Assembly (NCBI GenBank): GCA_964616945.1
Contig: CAZTUD010000001.1
Coordinates: 1 to 49,588 of the forward strand
DNA from: an uncultured Prevotella sp.
Lineage (GTDB): Bacteria; Bacteroidota; Bacteroidia; Bacteroidales; Bacteroidaceae
Direction of reading: 5' to 3'
DNA: 49,588 bases
Of the stretch, positions 1 through 8,256 are shown in pieces (position 1 is the first letter of the stretch; each line of letters opens with the position of its first letter). The notes below the pieces were generated by a model that was not told the origin of the DNA, ran no database searches, and saw nothing but the letters and a program-made list of their open reading frames with translations. Position numbers and translations under genes: made by a program.

Positions 1-141
1 GCTCGTTGTCATCCATTATCATAGTGGTCAACAAAACATAGTTTTGTTTCTGTCTATAACCGTTGAACCACCTCAGGAAGAGTCTGTCACGTTGGGCCTG
101 CTGGTCATTGGCAGTGTTTTGGAAAAGTCAAGCCCGTTCAT
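1..141 (-). pseudogene. DUF6169-like gene remnant with internal deletion/frameshift; runs off the window edge
   Basis: The ATG at 141 overlaps the upstream TGA (ATGA) and reads MNGLDFSK...* (22 aa). A different frame reads NTANDQQAQRDRLFLRWFNGYRQKQNYVLLTTMIMDDNE, which resembles the Q..R.RLF.RWF motif of Bacteroidetes DUF6169 proteins as I recall it. Confidence 0.55.
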
Positions 142-296
142 AGTTGCTCCAAGTCCAAATAATTGGAATGCTTTGAGGCCTCTATTTCTTTTGCCATGTC
201 ATTGAGCTTCTGCTCCATGTCTGCCTGCCATTTAACCTTACGAGCCTTTGCGCGACGAAAAATTGTCAGGAAATTGTCTGTTTTGCTTGCTGCCAT
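138..296 (-). CDS. Small hypothetical protein coupled to the DUF6169-like gene
   Basis: ORF 138..326. The likely start is ATG 296 (MAASK), just downstream of a TTTG-N20-TATCTTTG promoter. ATGA overlap with the next gene. Confidence 0.55.
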   Translation of the reverse strand: MAASKTDNFLTIFRRAKARKVKWQADMEQKLNDMAKEIEASKHSNYLDLEQL

Positions 297-424
297 ACGA
301 TTGTCCTTTTTGCAAAGATACGCCATTTATTTTACATGGACAAACTTTTTCTCGTCATTTTTTTGAGAAATAAGGCAAGGGATGGCTCATGCCATGCCTT
401 GCAACTTGCAAGGCGGGAGGGGAT

Positions 425-841
425 TTAGTGTTCAAGCCAGTTTTCCAACTTTATGTTGGTTATGCGCTTGAAGTCCTTAGTGTTGTCGGTAACCATCGTC
501 AGGCCATTTACTACGGCTGTGCAGCCTATAAGCAAGTCGAGGGTATTGTGCGCAGGAGTACCTGCAACACGTAACCTCGCCTTTTCCTTGGCTACCATAT
601 CAAACGTGTTGCTTATTGGCAAGATTAAGAAACCTTTTAGAAATACATCTAAATGTTGGTCAATATAACCGCCAGAGTTCCCCTTTAGTTTGGCCAATTC
701 TTCACCCATCTTTAGTTCCAGAACCGTAATCTCTGATATAGCGCACTCTTCTATACCAACTTCACCAAACTGCTGCTTTACAACTTTATTGCCACGTAGG
801 ATTTCAATACAAACATTTGTGTCGAGAAGAAACCTTATCAT
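425..841 (-). CDS. vapC: VapC-family PIN-domain toxin
   Basis: FLLDTNVCI, ISEITVLEL, DLLIGCTA and MVTDNTKDF PIN motifs; ATGA overlap with the upstream small gene. Confidence 0.9.
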   Translation of the reverse strand: MIRFLLDTNVCIEILRGNKVVKQQFGEVGIEECAISEITVLELKMGEELAKLKGNSGGYIDQHLDVFLKGFLILPISNTFDMVAKEKARLRVAGTPAHNTLDLLIGCTAVVNGLTMVTDNTKDFKRITNIKLENWLEH

Positions 842-1089
842 ACTACAAACTTTTCTATATCTTCGTCCCTGTCATCCATAAAATCGTCTATCTCTGCTGC
901 CGATGGAAAGTTATCATCCTTCATAATGCCAAAATATTTCTCCCACGACTTTTCATTCTTTTTAAGAATGTTGTCGCGTTTAGATTCAGCGATTCTCGCA
1001 ACGAGGGCAGCCTTCATCTCGTCGCTCCAATTCTGTATCACGTTCCAGTAGTTGTTGAAGACTGGGGAATTTACAACAGTTGCATCCAT
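838..1089 (-). CDS. Putative antitoxin with acidic C-terminus
   Basis: 83 aa, translationally coupled upstream of VapC; acidic tail; own promoter at about 1113-1155. Confidence 0.75.
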   Translation of the reverse strand: MDATVVNSPVFNNYWNVIQNWSDEMKAALVARIAESKRDNILKKNEKSWEKYFGIMKDDNFPSAAEIDDFMDDRDEDIEKFVV

Positions 1090-1112
1090 AGTATGGTTCT
1101 AAATAATATCTG

Positions 1113-1155
1113 TTGCAAAGATAAATGGTTTTTCGGAATTATCCAAATAAATGAG
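1113..1155 (-). promoter_or_regulatory. Shared 43-bp sigma-A promoter block, copy 1
   Basis: Minus strand reads TTTG-N20-TATCTTTG (Bacteroidetes -33/-7 consensus). One mismatch to the copies at 2657 and 3498. Confidence 0.8.
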
Positions 1156-1203
1156 GGGGAAACACGATACTGATTGGAATAGATGACGGAGATGTGAGAA
1201 AGA

Positions 1204-1551
1204 TTAAGAAAACTCAGAGATGTATTGAACCATCTGCTCACGCAATTCTGGAAGATTGTGCTTCACAACATCCCACACAACGGCATCGTCAATCTGAAAA
1301 TATTCATGCACAATATAGTTGCGCATTCCCCTTACCATCTTCCAAGGGGTTGCGGGGTGGGAGGCGGTAAATTCCGAGGTGAGCATATTCGCGGCCTCCC
1401 CCATAATCTCAATATTCTTTACCACCGCATAATACATCATGTCATCATTGACAAGGTCATCATGCGTCTTGCCCTCTGTGTACCTTAAAACCCTGTCTAT
1501 GGCATCAAGGATATGCTGCAGACGTTCCTTGTCCCTACGAGGCTCTCTCAT
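1204..1551 (-). CDS. hepT: HepT/DUF86 HEPN ribonuclease toxin
   Basis: MRNYIVHEY matches RX4HXY; IEIMGEAA motif; overlaps the MNT gene. Confidence 0.9.
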   Translation of the reverse strand: MREPRRDKERLQHILDAIDRVLRYTEGKTHDDLVNDDMMYYAVVKNIEIMGEAANMLTSEFTASHPATPWKMVRGMRNYIVHEYFQIDDAVVWDVVKHNLPELREQMVQYISEFS

Positions 1552-1831
1552 ATATCAAAATCTTGTCATGATCCACGCTTTTCCTTGCGAATGAAGCCAA
1601 GCTCCTGTCGCTAACCAAGTCAACATTGCGTCCCAGCATTTCCTTTAAATCCTCATACATGCCGAAGAATGTCAACCCTATGGGTTGGTCATAGTCAAGG
1701 GCAACAAGAATGTCAACATCACTCTTGTCTTTTTGTTCGCCACGCGAAAAAGAACCGAAAATCCATGCTTTCAACACTGGCTGTGTCGTGAAATAGTCGG
1801 CTATTTTTCGTATCATTTTTTCGTTGCTCAT
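1535..1831 (-). CDS. mntA: Minimal nucleotidyltransferase antitoxin (MntA-like)
   Basis: FGSFSRG...SDVDILV and VDLV motifs. Start is probably ATG 1831, downstream of a TTTG-N19-TAAATTTG promoter at about 1853-1883. Confidence 0.88.
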   Translation of the reverse strand: MSNEKMIRKIADYFTTQPVLKAWIFGSFSRGEQKDKSDVDILVALDYDQPIGLTFFGMYEDLKEMLGRNVDLVSDRSLASFARKSVDHDKILIYERAS

Positions 1832-1973
1832 CCCTAAAGGCTTTTGTCGCCCCAAATTTACAACATTTCTTGCGAATGGCAAAGTAAAAGTGCGGGAATT
1901 TTATAAAACTCTCAAAAAGCAGTGGAAACGATGCTATTCAGAAGAGAGGTTTAAAACGTCTGTCGACAACGGT

Positions 1974-2375
1974 TCATCTCTGAATCCAGTTCTCTACCGT
2001 GATGCCTTCTATTCGGGAAAGGTGGCTCATGTTCTCCGTAACCATTGTCATATTGTGAACTACGGAGGTTATGCCAATCCAAAGGTCAGAATCCTCTATC
2101 AGCTGCCCCATTTTCCTTAGAATGGCCTTTTGCCTTGCAAACTCATCAATGCAGCCTGATATTGGGATTATACGCAAATGATTGCATAAGTCGCTAATAA
2201 TGCTCTTGTTTTCCTCCTTGTGCTTGCTGCATTCTGCACCATACAAGAGTTCTGCCACTGTGATTTCAGATATGGAGCAATTATCCCAGCCAACTTTTTC
2301 TATTGACTCTTTGACATTAAAATCACCCCTTAACAAATGCACACATATATTCGTATCAAGCAAATACTCTTTCAT
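1974..2375 (-). CDS. vapC: VapC-family PIN-domain toxin
   Basis: YLLDTNICV, ISEITVAELLYGAE, DLWIG and MVTEN motifs. Start ATG 2375 overlaps the antitoxin TGA. Confidence 0.9.
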   Translation of the reverse strand: MKEYLLDTNICVHLLRGDFNVKESIEKVGWDNCSISEITVAELLYGAECSKHKEENKSIISDLCNHLRIIPISGCIDEFARQKAILRKMGQLIEDSDLWIGITSVVHNMTMVTENMSHLSRIEGITVENWIQR

Positions 2376-2644
2376 GGTAATGAAACTGGCTCCGTATGGG
2401 ATTTCTTGCTTTCGTTGATATTGCTGATAATGTCTTCCGCAGACTCCTCTCCAACCCAAGCACCACTGAAGTGGTCAAGCATTTCCTTTGTATATTTGTC
2501 GGGAGATACTTGTATATTATTATGAGGATGTATCATCGAAGAAGACAAAAACATTATAATCTGAAGCTTTTCGTCATTGCTCAGATGCTTTAGCTCATTC
2601 CAATAGCGTGGCATCTTTTCTTTTTCGTTTGTTGATATTCTCAT
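2372..2644 (-). CDS. Putative antitoxin, similar to 838..1089
   Basis: Start ATG 2644 follows the promoter block. The YWN..K.LS.DEK and F.G.W...SA patterns are shared with 838..1089. Confidence 0.75.
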   Translation of the reverse strand: MRISTNEKEKMPRYWNELKHLSNDEKLQIIMFLSSSMIHPHNNIQVSPDKYTKEMLDHFSGAWVGEESAEDIISNINESKKSHTEPVSLP

Positions 2645-2656
2645 AGCAGTTATTTT

Positions 2657-2821
2657 TTGCAAAGATAAATGGTTTTTCGCAATTATCCAAATAAATGAGT
2701 AGGAAAAACGGGGAGGGGGATTATGAGATGGGAAACGAAGGGCAAGGGATGGATCACGCCATGCCTTGCCTTCCCTGACAAGCGCAAGGCGGGAGAGAGG
2801 CCGCCTTGCCAAAACGATGTT
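2657..2821. repeat. Inter-cassette repeat (promoter block plus hairpins A and B), copy 2
   Basis: 43-bp promoter block at 2657-2699, hairpin GGCAAGGGATGG...CCATGCCTTGCC at 2741-2770 and hairpin GCAAGGCGG...CCGCCTTGC at 2784-2809. Matches 3498-3662 and partly 374-419. Confidence 0.9.
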
Positions 2822-3230
2822 ACATAGTGATTAAACGCTGTCGGCATTCTGCCACAGTAATGATTTTGCACTTGCCGATAGATTTCATGGAAAGGAGGTC
2901 GTCGTCGCCAGTCAATAAATAATCCGCACCCGAAGCCACCGCCAATTCCAGCAGGTAGTCGTCTTTGGGGTCTCTACATCTTGATGGGATGTCGTTCAAA
3001 GGATAATTTTGTGCCTTTTTCAAAATAAAACTTAATACTGCTGTTATTTGTTCTTCAGAAATGTATTTCCTGAACTTAGGCCTTGATGCTACTGATACGA
3101 ATTCATCTATTGACAGTTGTGAGGACACAAGTGTCACTCGCTCGTCAGAAAGTACAATAAGCAAATCTTTGGACACTTTACCCTTTAAGAGGAAACTTAT
3201 CCACAGGTTTGTGTCAATGATTATTTTCAT
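2820..3230 (-). CDS. PIN-family toxin (PIN_3/TIGR00305 type)
   Basis: MKIIIDTNLWIS and CRDPKDDYLLELA..ADYLLTGDDDLL motifs. Confidence 0.9.
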   Translation of the reverse strand: MKIIIDTNLWISFLLKGKVSKDLLIVLSDERVTLVSSQLSIDEFVSVASRPKFRKYISEEQITAVLSFILKKAQNYPLNDIPSRCRDPKDDYLLELAVASGADYLLTGDDDLLSMKSIGKCKIITVAECRQRLITM

Positions 3231-3483
3231 TGTGTTGCTTTCTTGTGTCGTAAAAGGCTTGCCGCCCTTTTTCTACCTCTTCGTTTATTTCCTCATCTGA
3301 CAAAGGACACGGCTTGGACATGGACAAGATGTCTTGAAGTATAGCCACCTTATCACTTTTGGCTTTCTTTTTTGCAGGTGTTATAGACTGTATGTACACA
3401 ATGACTTTCCTCAACAAGTTTTCATCATTAGAGATGCTGCCAACTTGCCTCAAGACTTCTTGGTTTAATTGCAACGTGGTCAT
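3214..3483 (-). CDS. Putative antitoxin
   Basis: 89 aa overlapping the PIN start; C-terminal LSDEEINEEV; directly downstream of the promoter block. Confidence 0.75.
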   Translation of the reverse strand: MTTLQLNQEVLRQVGSISNDENLLRKVIVYIQSITPAKKKAKSDKVAILQDILSMSKPCPLSDEEINEEVEKGRQAFYDTRKQHNENNH

Positions 3484-3497
3484 CTTTGTTTATTTTT

Positions 3498-3662
3498 TTG
3501 CAAAGATAAATGGTTTTTCGCAATTATCCAAATAAATGAGGGGGAAAAACGAGGAGGGGGATTGTGAGGGGGAAAGGCGGAATAAAGGCAAGGGATGGCT
3601 CACGCCATGCCTTGCCTTACAAGTTGCAAGGCGGGAGAGAGGCCGCCTTGCCAAAACGATGT
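3498..3662. repeat. Inter-cassette repeat (promoter block plus hairpins A and B), copy 3
   Basis: Direct repeat of 2657-2821. Confidence 0.9.
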
Positions 3663-3696
3663 TTTTTGAGAGAGATTTGCAATTGTCGTGTCATAT

Positions 3697-4377
3697 AAAA
3701 TGGCCAGCCCTTTACATGAACGAGCCTGAAAGGCTCGCCGCACTCATAACCCCGGCTCATCGCTGGAGCGAAGCGGAAGGGTGAGCCGGGGAGGGGAAGT
3801 GTCGCACAACCCCGAGCCTGAAAGGCTCGCCGCTTTATTAACCTTGGCTCATCGCTGGGTCGAAGCCTGTCCGCTCCACTATACGGTAGTTGTGGCATCC
3901 GCCGTGTCAAGCGGCGACCCTCCACGGGTCGAAGCCTGCCGCCCTTTTCCACCCCGTCTCACCTGCTTCGCAGGATGAGGCGGGGTTATGAGTGCGGTGA
4001 GGCTTCCAGCCTCACGCCGACCCCTATGTCGGATGCCCAGCATTGGCTTTCGGCCTCACAAAATGGCCAGTCCTTTACATGAACGAGCCTGAAAGGCTCG
4101 CCGCACTCATAACCCCGGCTCATCGCTGGAGCGAAGCGGAAGGGTGAGCCGGGGAGGGGAAGTGTCGCACAACCCCGAGCCTGAAAGGCTCGCCGCTTTA
4201 TTAACCTTGGCTCATCGCTGGGTCGAAGCCTGTCCGCTCCACTATACGGTAGTTGTGGCATCCGCCGTGTCAAGCGGCGACCCTCCACGGGTCGAAGCCT
4301 GCCGCCCTTTTCCACCCCGTCTCACCTGCTTCGCAGGATGAGGCGGGGTTATGAGTGTGGTGAGGCTTACAGCCTCA
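3697..4377. repeat. Tandem duplication (period 363 bp) of a 318-bp hairpin-rich REPIN/MITE-like element
   Basis: 3697-4014 and 4060-4377 are near identical. Each contains CGAGCCTGAAAGGCTCG hairpins and the inverted 17-mer CCGCACTCATAACCCCG / CGGGGTTATGAGTG(C/T)GG. Confidence 0.9.
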
Positions 4378-4483
4378 ATGCCCCACCTCCTTTTGTGGGC
4401 TGGCACAAGACCAGCCCCTGCAAAGGGATGTTTGGGATTGCTTCCCCCTCCCCAATGGGGGAGGGGAGAAACAGAGGGGGTTA

Positions 4484-4509
4484 GGGCATACACGGGGGTA
4501 TGCCCCTAC
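4484..4509 (-). repeat. GTAG-type REP palindrome
   Basis: The reverse complement reads GTAG-GGGCATAC-CCCCGT-GTATGCCC. Identical copy at 8165-8190 and variants in the 63-bp array. Confidence 0.75.
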
Positions 4510-4519
4510 GAGCCGACCC

Positions 4520-5629
4520 CTATTCCGCTGGCGGCGTGAACTTGTCGGCGCGAACCATGTACGGGTAATGCAACCACACATCTGGAACATTGCGTGATGT
4601 CGTTGTTACATAATCAAAACCTATTACATCAAAACGTATATATTTACTGAGACTGCTTGCCTTGGTCATCCATGCAAAATGCCCCAGATAATTGTCGGGA
4701 GTTAAAGAAACAGGATAGTATGCTGAGGGTGATGACATATACGTTATTGAACGAATAGTACCTGTAAAGATGCCATCCTCAAAGTTGAAATCCGGGTAAT
4801 AGGTGCCCCCTTTCCCAAAGTCCATACCGCCAAAAAGTTCAAGTCCCATTGTCTCTTCATTGAAGTCTATTGATGCGGAATTGTTATTATATCTTGGTAT
4901 TGACATTTTCAGCTTGTTGCTTGCGCTGTCTTCTGACAGGGTGACTTTTATATATGTCAACACCTTATATTTCTTAAACGTTTCAGTAGGTTCCATAGAA
5001 TCGCCTATGATGTACCAGTCTCCGTAGAGGTCTTTCGCTTCTGCCTGCACCACGAGTATGGAATCCCGGCGGTTACCTGACGAGCAATACACGTATCCCG
5101 AACGGGCATCGCCGGTGTTGTTGGCTGTTGCTTGGAAAGAAACCTCCTCTCCCTGTAGCGAGCAGGTGAGCCAGCTCTTGGCCTCGTTATTTACCGAAAG
5201 GCTGACACCAAGAGTGTGGGCAAGAATCTTGACCGTACCAGACGACTCGGTGTCCTTAAAAATGAAGCTTTTGTTGTCGTCAAGGACAAATGTAAGTCCT
5301 GTCTGGGTAACTGCTACGTGAGTCTCGTTCCCCTCAGAGTCCTTTATCGTTATTGCAGAGCTTCGCGTGTCAGTGTTTGGGTTCTCCGACACCTGTAGGC
5401 TGACGCTGTAGTCGCCAGCTTTCTGAGCCGTACACCATGCCTCGCTACTCGTTACCGATGCTATCGGCGAATCTCCCGCCACCGTCACCGTGCCGCTGCC
5501 GCCTTCGGCCTGAAACGAGACTTGAGACTCCGTAACTCTGAGGGTTGACAGTTGCGGTGAATAGCTGTCATCGGAACACGACAAAAACAGCAACAAACTT
5601 ATTATAATCAGTATATGTTTTTTTTTCAT
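4520..5629 (-). CDS. BACON-domain lipoprotein
   Basis: Lipobox FLSC; two BACON-like repeats (F.AEGG...W...V.EN.....RS..ITI and WL...V...AN.TGDARS). Confidence 0.8.
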   Translation of the reverse strand: MKKKHILIIISLLLFLSCSDDSYSPQLSTLRVTESQVSFQAEGGSGTVTVAGDSPIASVTSSEAWCTAQKAGDYSVSLQVSENPNTDTRSSAITIKDSEGNETHVAVTQTGLTFVLDDNKSFIFKDTESSGTVKILAHTLGVSLSVNNEAKSWLTCSLQGEEVSFQATANNTGDARSGYVYCSSGNRRDSILVVQAEAKDLYGDWYIIGDSMEPTETFKKYKVLTYIKVTLSEDSASNKLKMSIPRYNNNSASIDFNEETMGLELFGGMDFGKGGTYYPDFNFEDGIFTGTIRSITYMSSPSAYYPVSLTPDNYLGHFAWMTKASSLSKYIRFDVIGFDYVTTTSRNVPDVWLHYPYMVRADKFTPPAE

Positions 5630-5650
5630 TTCTGTCACAAATTAGAAAAG

Positions 5651-7171
5651 TTATTCATCATAATTGAGGTTGCTCGTCAAGGTGTGTGAACCCAGCTGTA
5701 GGTCAAACCAAACGTCAGAATTGCCCACGCTCACAAGGTGTATATCAGTCTTTATGGCACCGTCATTGAACGTTGCCTTATACGGGGAATGCTCGAAGAT
5801 AAATTCACAGAATGGTGTAAAATACCTCCTACTCCAGCCAGGTTGGGATCCAGTATTGAAATAACCAAAGCCTTCACCCCGCCCATTGATTGACATCAAT
5901 CCTGTCTGCTCGTCATATTCATATTCAACTCCATAGCAACCGTTCTCATAAATATCAAAAATGCCAGGTAACAATGCCCAACTATATGACAAGACTTGTT
6001 TAAAGCCTCTGTTCTCCCTGTCATACTTAGCATACGCAGGTCCAAGAAAACAATTGCTGAATGTGTAGTAGTACTCAATATAAAACATGTCATTTAATGA
6101 GAACCTGTCATATTTGTCTTTCAGGCTGCTGCACATGTTTTCCCGTGAAAACAGCCATCCGTTCCAAATGGCTTGTACAGCATATATATCCTCCGGTATA
6201 TATTTAGTACCTTTGGGCGACATGAGCTGCTCCTGTAACGACGGAATTTTTATTGTTGCGGAACCGTCGGATGAGTTTATGGTATAGTTGGCTTCGTTAA
6301 TGGTGAATTTTTCGAGTTTCGCGTCGTTCACCTCAATAGGCTCGTAGAGTGTGAAGCCGTCGGGGGTGCAGAACATTGGCTGCCTGACGTTTGGATTCTC
6401 CTGTGTGGAGTCAACAATGGTGCATAGGTAATTGCTGAAATCGATGGAGTAGTCCTTGCCATTGATGTTGACCGTTGTCAAGTCGGCATATATCAGTCCC
6501 CTTTCCAGTGCAAGCACTCTTGACATGTATGTTTTCCCGTCCATGCCTTGGAGCTTGTACATCTTCATCTCGTTGCCATATTTTTTGCCACGCATATAAA
6601 CAGTGTCCTGCTCCGCGCTGGTCTTCTCCAAGATGAACTCGTAGTCGCTCTGGTAGCCGTCAGGCGCAGACGAACTCAATGGCATTGACCAGATGTGCAA
6701 CTGTGGGTTGAACGTGTCGAACGATAGTATTATGCCCTGTTCCGCCTTGACCGAATACTTGGACTCCAGCTCTGTGCCAGCCAACCATGACTGGCTGCCG
6801 TCAGTCATGTACACCGAAACGTCTGATGTCATTGTAACGCCATCGTCATTGAATTTGGCGGTATAGACGCGCCCGCCGTAGGAGCCGCCGTCAGGCACGA
6901 ACTCAATCACCCACCCGTTGTCGCTGCCCTTCAGGAGATTCTGATAGTAGCTGACGCTGTGGTTGATGCGCTGCGCCGCCGACTCGGGGAAGAGGTCGTC
7001 CTCCTCGTGGGCACAAGACGTTGCTAAAAGTAAGACAGTAAGAAAGTAAGAAGGTAAGAAAGTAGCTGCGGAAAGTAAGAAGGTAGCTGCGGAAGGTAAG
7101 AAAGTAAGAAGGTAAGAAAGTAAGAAAGAGAGTACCCCCTTGCCTCGAACCTGCATATTATGTTTTTTCAT
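5651..7171 (-). CDS. DUF4302-like lipoprotein
   Basis: Lipobox ATSC then EEDDLFPESAAQRI...NGWVIEF...LSFDTFN...DYEF; position typical for this operon type. Confidence 0.75.
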   Translation of the reverse strand: MKKHNMQVRGKGVLSFLLSYLLTFLPSAATFLLSAATFLPSYFLTVLLLATSCAHEEDDLFPESAAQRINHSVSYYQNLLKGSDNGWVIEFVPDGGSYGGRVYTAKFNDDGVTMTSDVSVYMTDGSQSWLAGTELESKYSVKAEQGIILSFDTFNPQLHIWSMPLSSSAPDGYQSDYEFILEKTSAEQDTVYMRGKKYGNEMKMYKLQGMDGKTYMSRVLALERGLIYADLTTVNINGKDYSIDFSNYLCTIVDSTQENPNVRQPMFCTPDGFTLYEPIEVNDAKLEKFTINEANYTINSSDGSATIKIPSLQEQLMSPKGTKYIPEDIYAVQAIWNGWLFSRENMCSSLKDKYDRFSLNDMFYIEYYYTFSNCFLGPAYAKYDRENRGFKQVLSYSWALLPGIFDIYENGCYGVEYEYDEQTGLMSINGRGEGFGYFNTGSQPGWSRRYFTPFCEFIFEHSPYKATFNDGAIKTDIHLVSVGNSDVWFDLQLGSHTLTSNLNYDE

Positions 7172-7196
7172 AGTCGTATTGTTTTGCGTTAAACAT

Positions 7197-8108
7197 TTAG
7201 AGGTCGGTGAGGTTTATGTTCCCCGCCACTATGTCGTCCATGCGGCGTTGCACCACAGAGCGTAGGTTGTCGAGGTCGATGCCCCACGAGTCCTGCATGT
7301 AGTTCTTTACGATGGTGAGCTTGCGGTTGATGATGGCCGCGCCAGAGGTGCCCGCGTCGTCGATTATCGCCTGCCACTCTGTGGCAGTCTTGGTGACGTA
7401 CTCCGACGTTACCTCGGCAATGTCCTCGCGCGCCTCGCTCATGGAGTAGGGGGTAACGAAACCGCGGTGGTGGGCTGCTGTGTCCGCCATCGTGTACCAG
7501 TCGCCAGAAATGTAGTCGGCGGCGGAAATCTGGTCATACTCCGTGGGGTAGTTCTTTGTCTGGTGCAGAATGTGGGCAAACTCGTGGTGCATGGTCTTGA
7601 AGTAGTAGGTGTTGAGTATGTCCCTATCGACGGAGAACGAGTTTACGAGATAGAGGGTGACCTTCATTCCGCCCTCGGCTGTGCCAAGCACCATTGTGCC
7701 GTTGTTGTAGGCCGCGGAGCCCACGAAGTGGAGTATCTTGGGCACGTATGTGGCCGTGAAGTCCCTTCCCGCCACTTCGTCGTATGCCTCAATCCATGCG
7801 TATTTCACGATGTGCGCCAGCTGTATCGACTTGTCGTAGTCGGCCGGGGCGAGGGTGTAATTGTAGTCGCTCTCTATGTCCTGCAGGCGGTAGTAGAGGC
7901 GTATGTTGTAGGGCAGCGTATAGTTCTTGTATATCCACTGGTCGAAGTCGGTCTGCTCGGTCGTCACGTCGTCGAAGATGCTCTGCGAGTCGAGGTCGTC
8001 GTCGGAGCAACTTGCGAAGAGTAAGAAAGTAAGAAGGTAAAAAGGTAAAAAAGCGAGCAGCCTCTTTAGCGTTTTGCCTTTTGCTTGTTTACATGTTTTT
8101 TTGTTCAT
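7197..8108 (-). CDS. Putative zinc-binding metallopeptidase lipoprotein
   Basis: MHHEFAHILHQ zincin motif, LGTAEGG and GFVTPYS...EDIAE; lipobox FASC; start ATG 8108. Confidence 0.85.
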   Translation of the reverse strand: MNKKTCKQAKGKTLKRLLAFLPFYLLTFLLFASCSDDDLDSQSIFDDVTTEQTDFDQWIYKNYTLPYNIRLYYRLQDIESDYNYTLAPADYDKSIQLAHIVKYAWIEAYDEVAGRDFTATYVPKILHFVGSAAYNNGTMVLGTAEGGMKVTLYLVNSFSVDRDILNTYYFKTMHHEFAHILHQTKNYPTEYDQISAADYISGDWYTMADTAAHHRGFVTPYSMSEAREDIAEVTSEYVTKTATEWQAIIDDAGTSGAAIINRKLTIVKNYMQDSWGIDLDNLRSVVQRRMDDIVAGNINLTDL

Positions 8109-8256
8109 TTGCTTTTTATTTTTGGCTGCCGCAAGCGGCAGCGTACTTAACTGTGCTTGAGGGAGGGCATACACGGGGGTATGCCCCTACTTTGATACAC
8201 CCTTGGGGTTGATGGGCTTTCTCCCCCTCCTATTGGAGGGGGCTGGGGGGAGGCTT

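Noticed and set aside
374-3662. Canonical integron attC sites
   Set aside because: I could not identify RYYYAAC/GTTRRRY core sites bounding the hairpins, and no integrase is present; kept only as cassette-like.
3536-4590. ORFs such as 3617..3952, 3986..4315, 3781..3978 and 4144..4341 as genes
   Set aside because: These are translations of GC-rich palindromic repeats, open in several frames on both strands, with no protein motifs.
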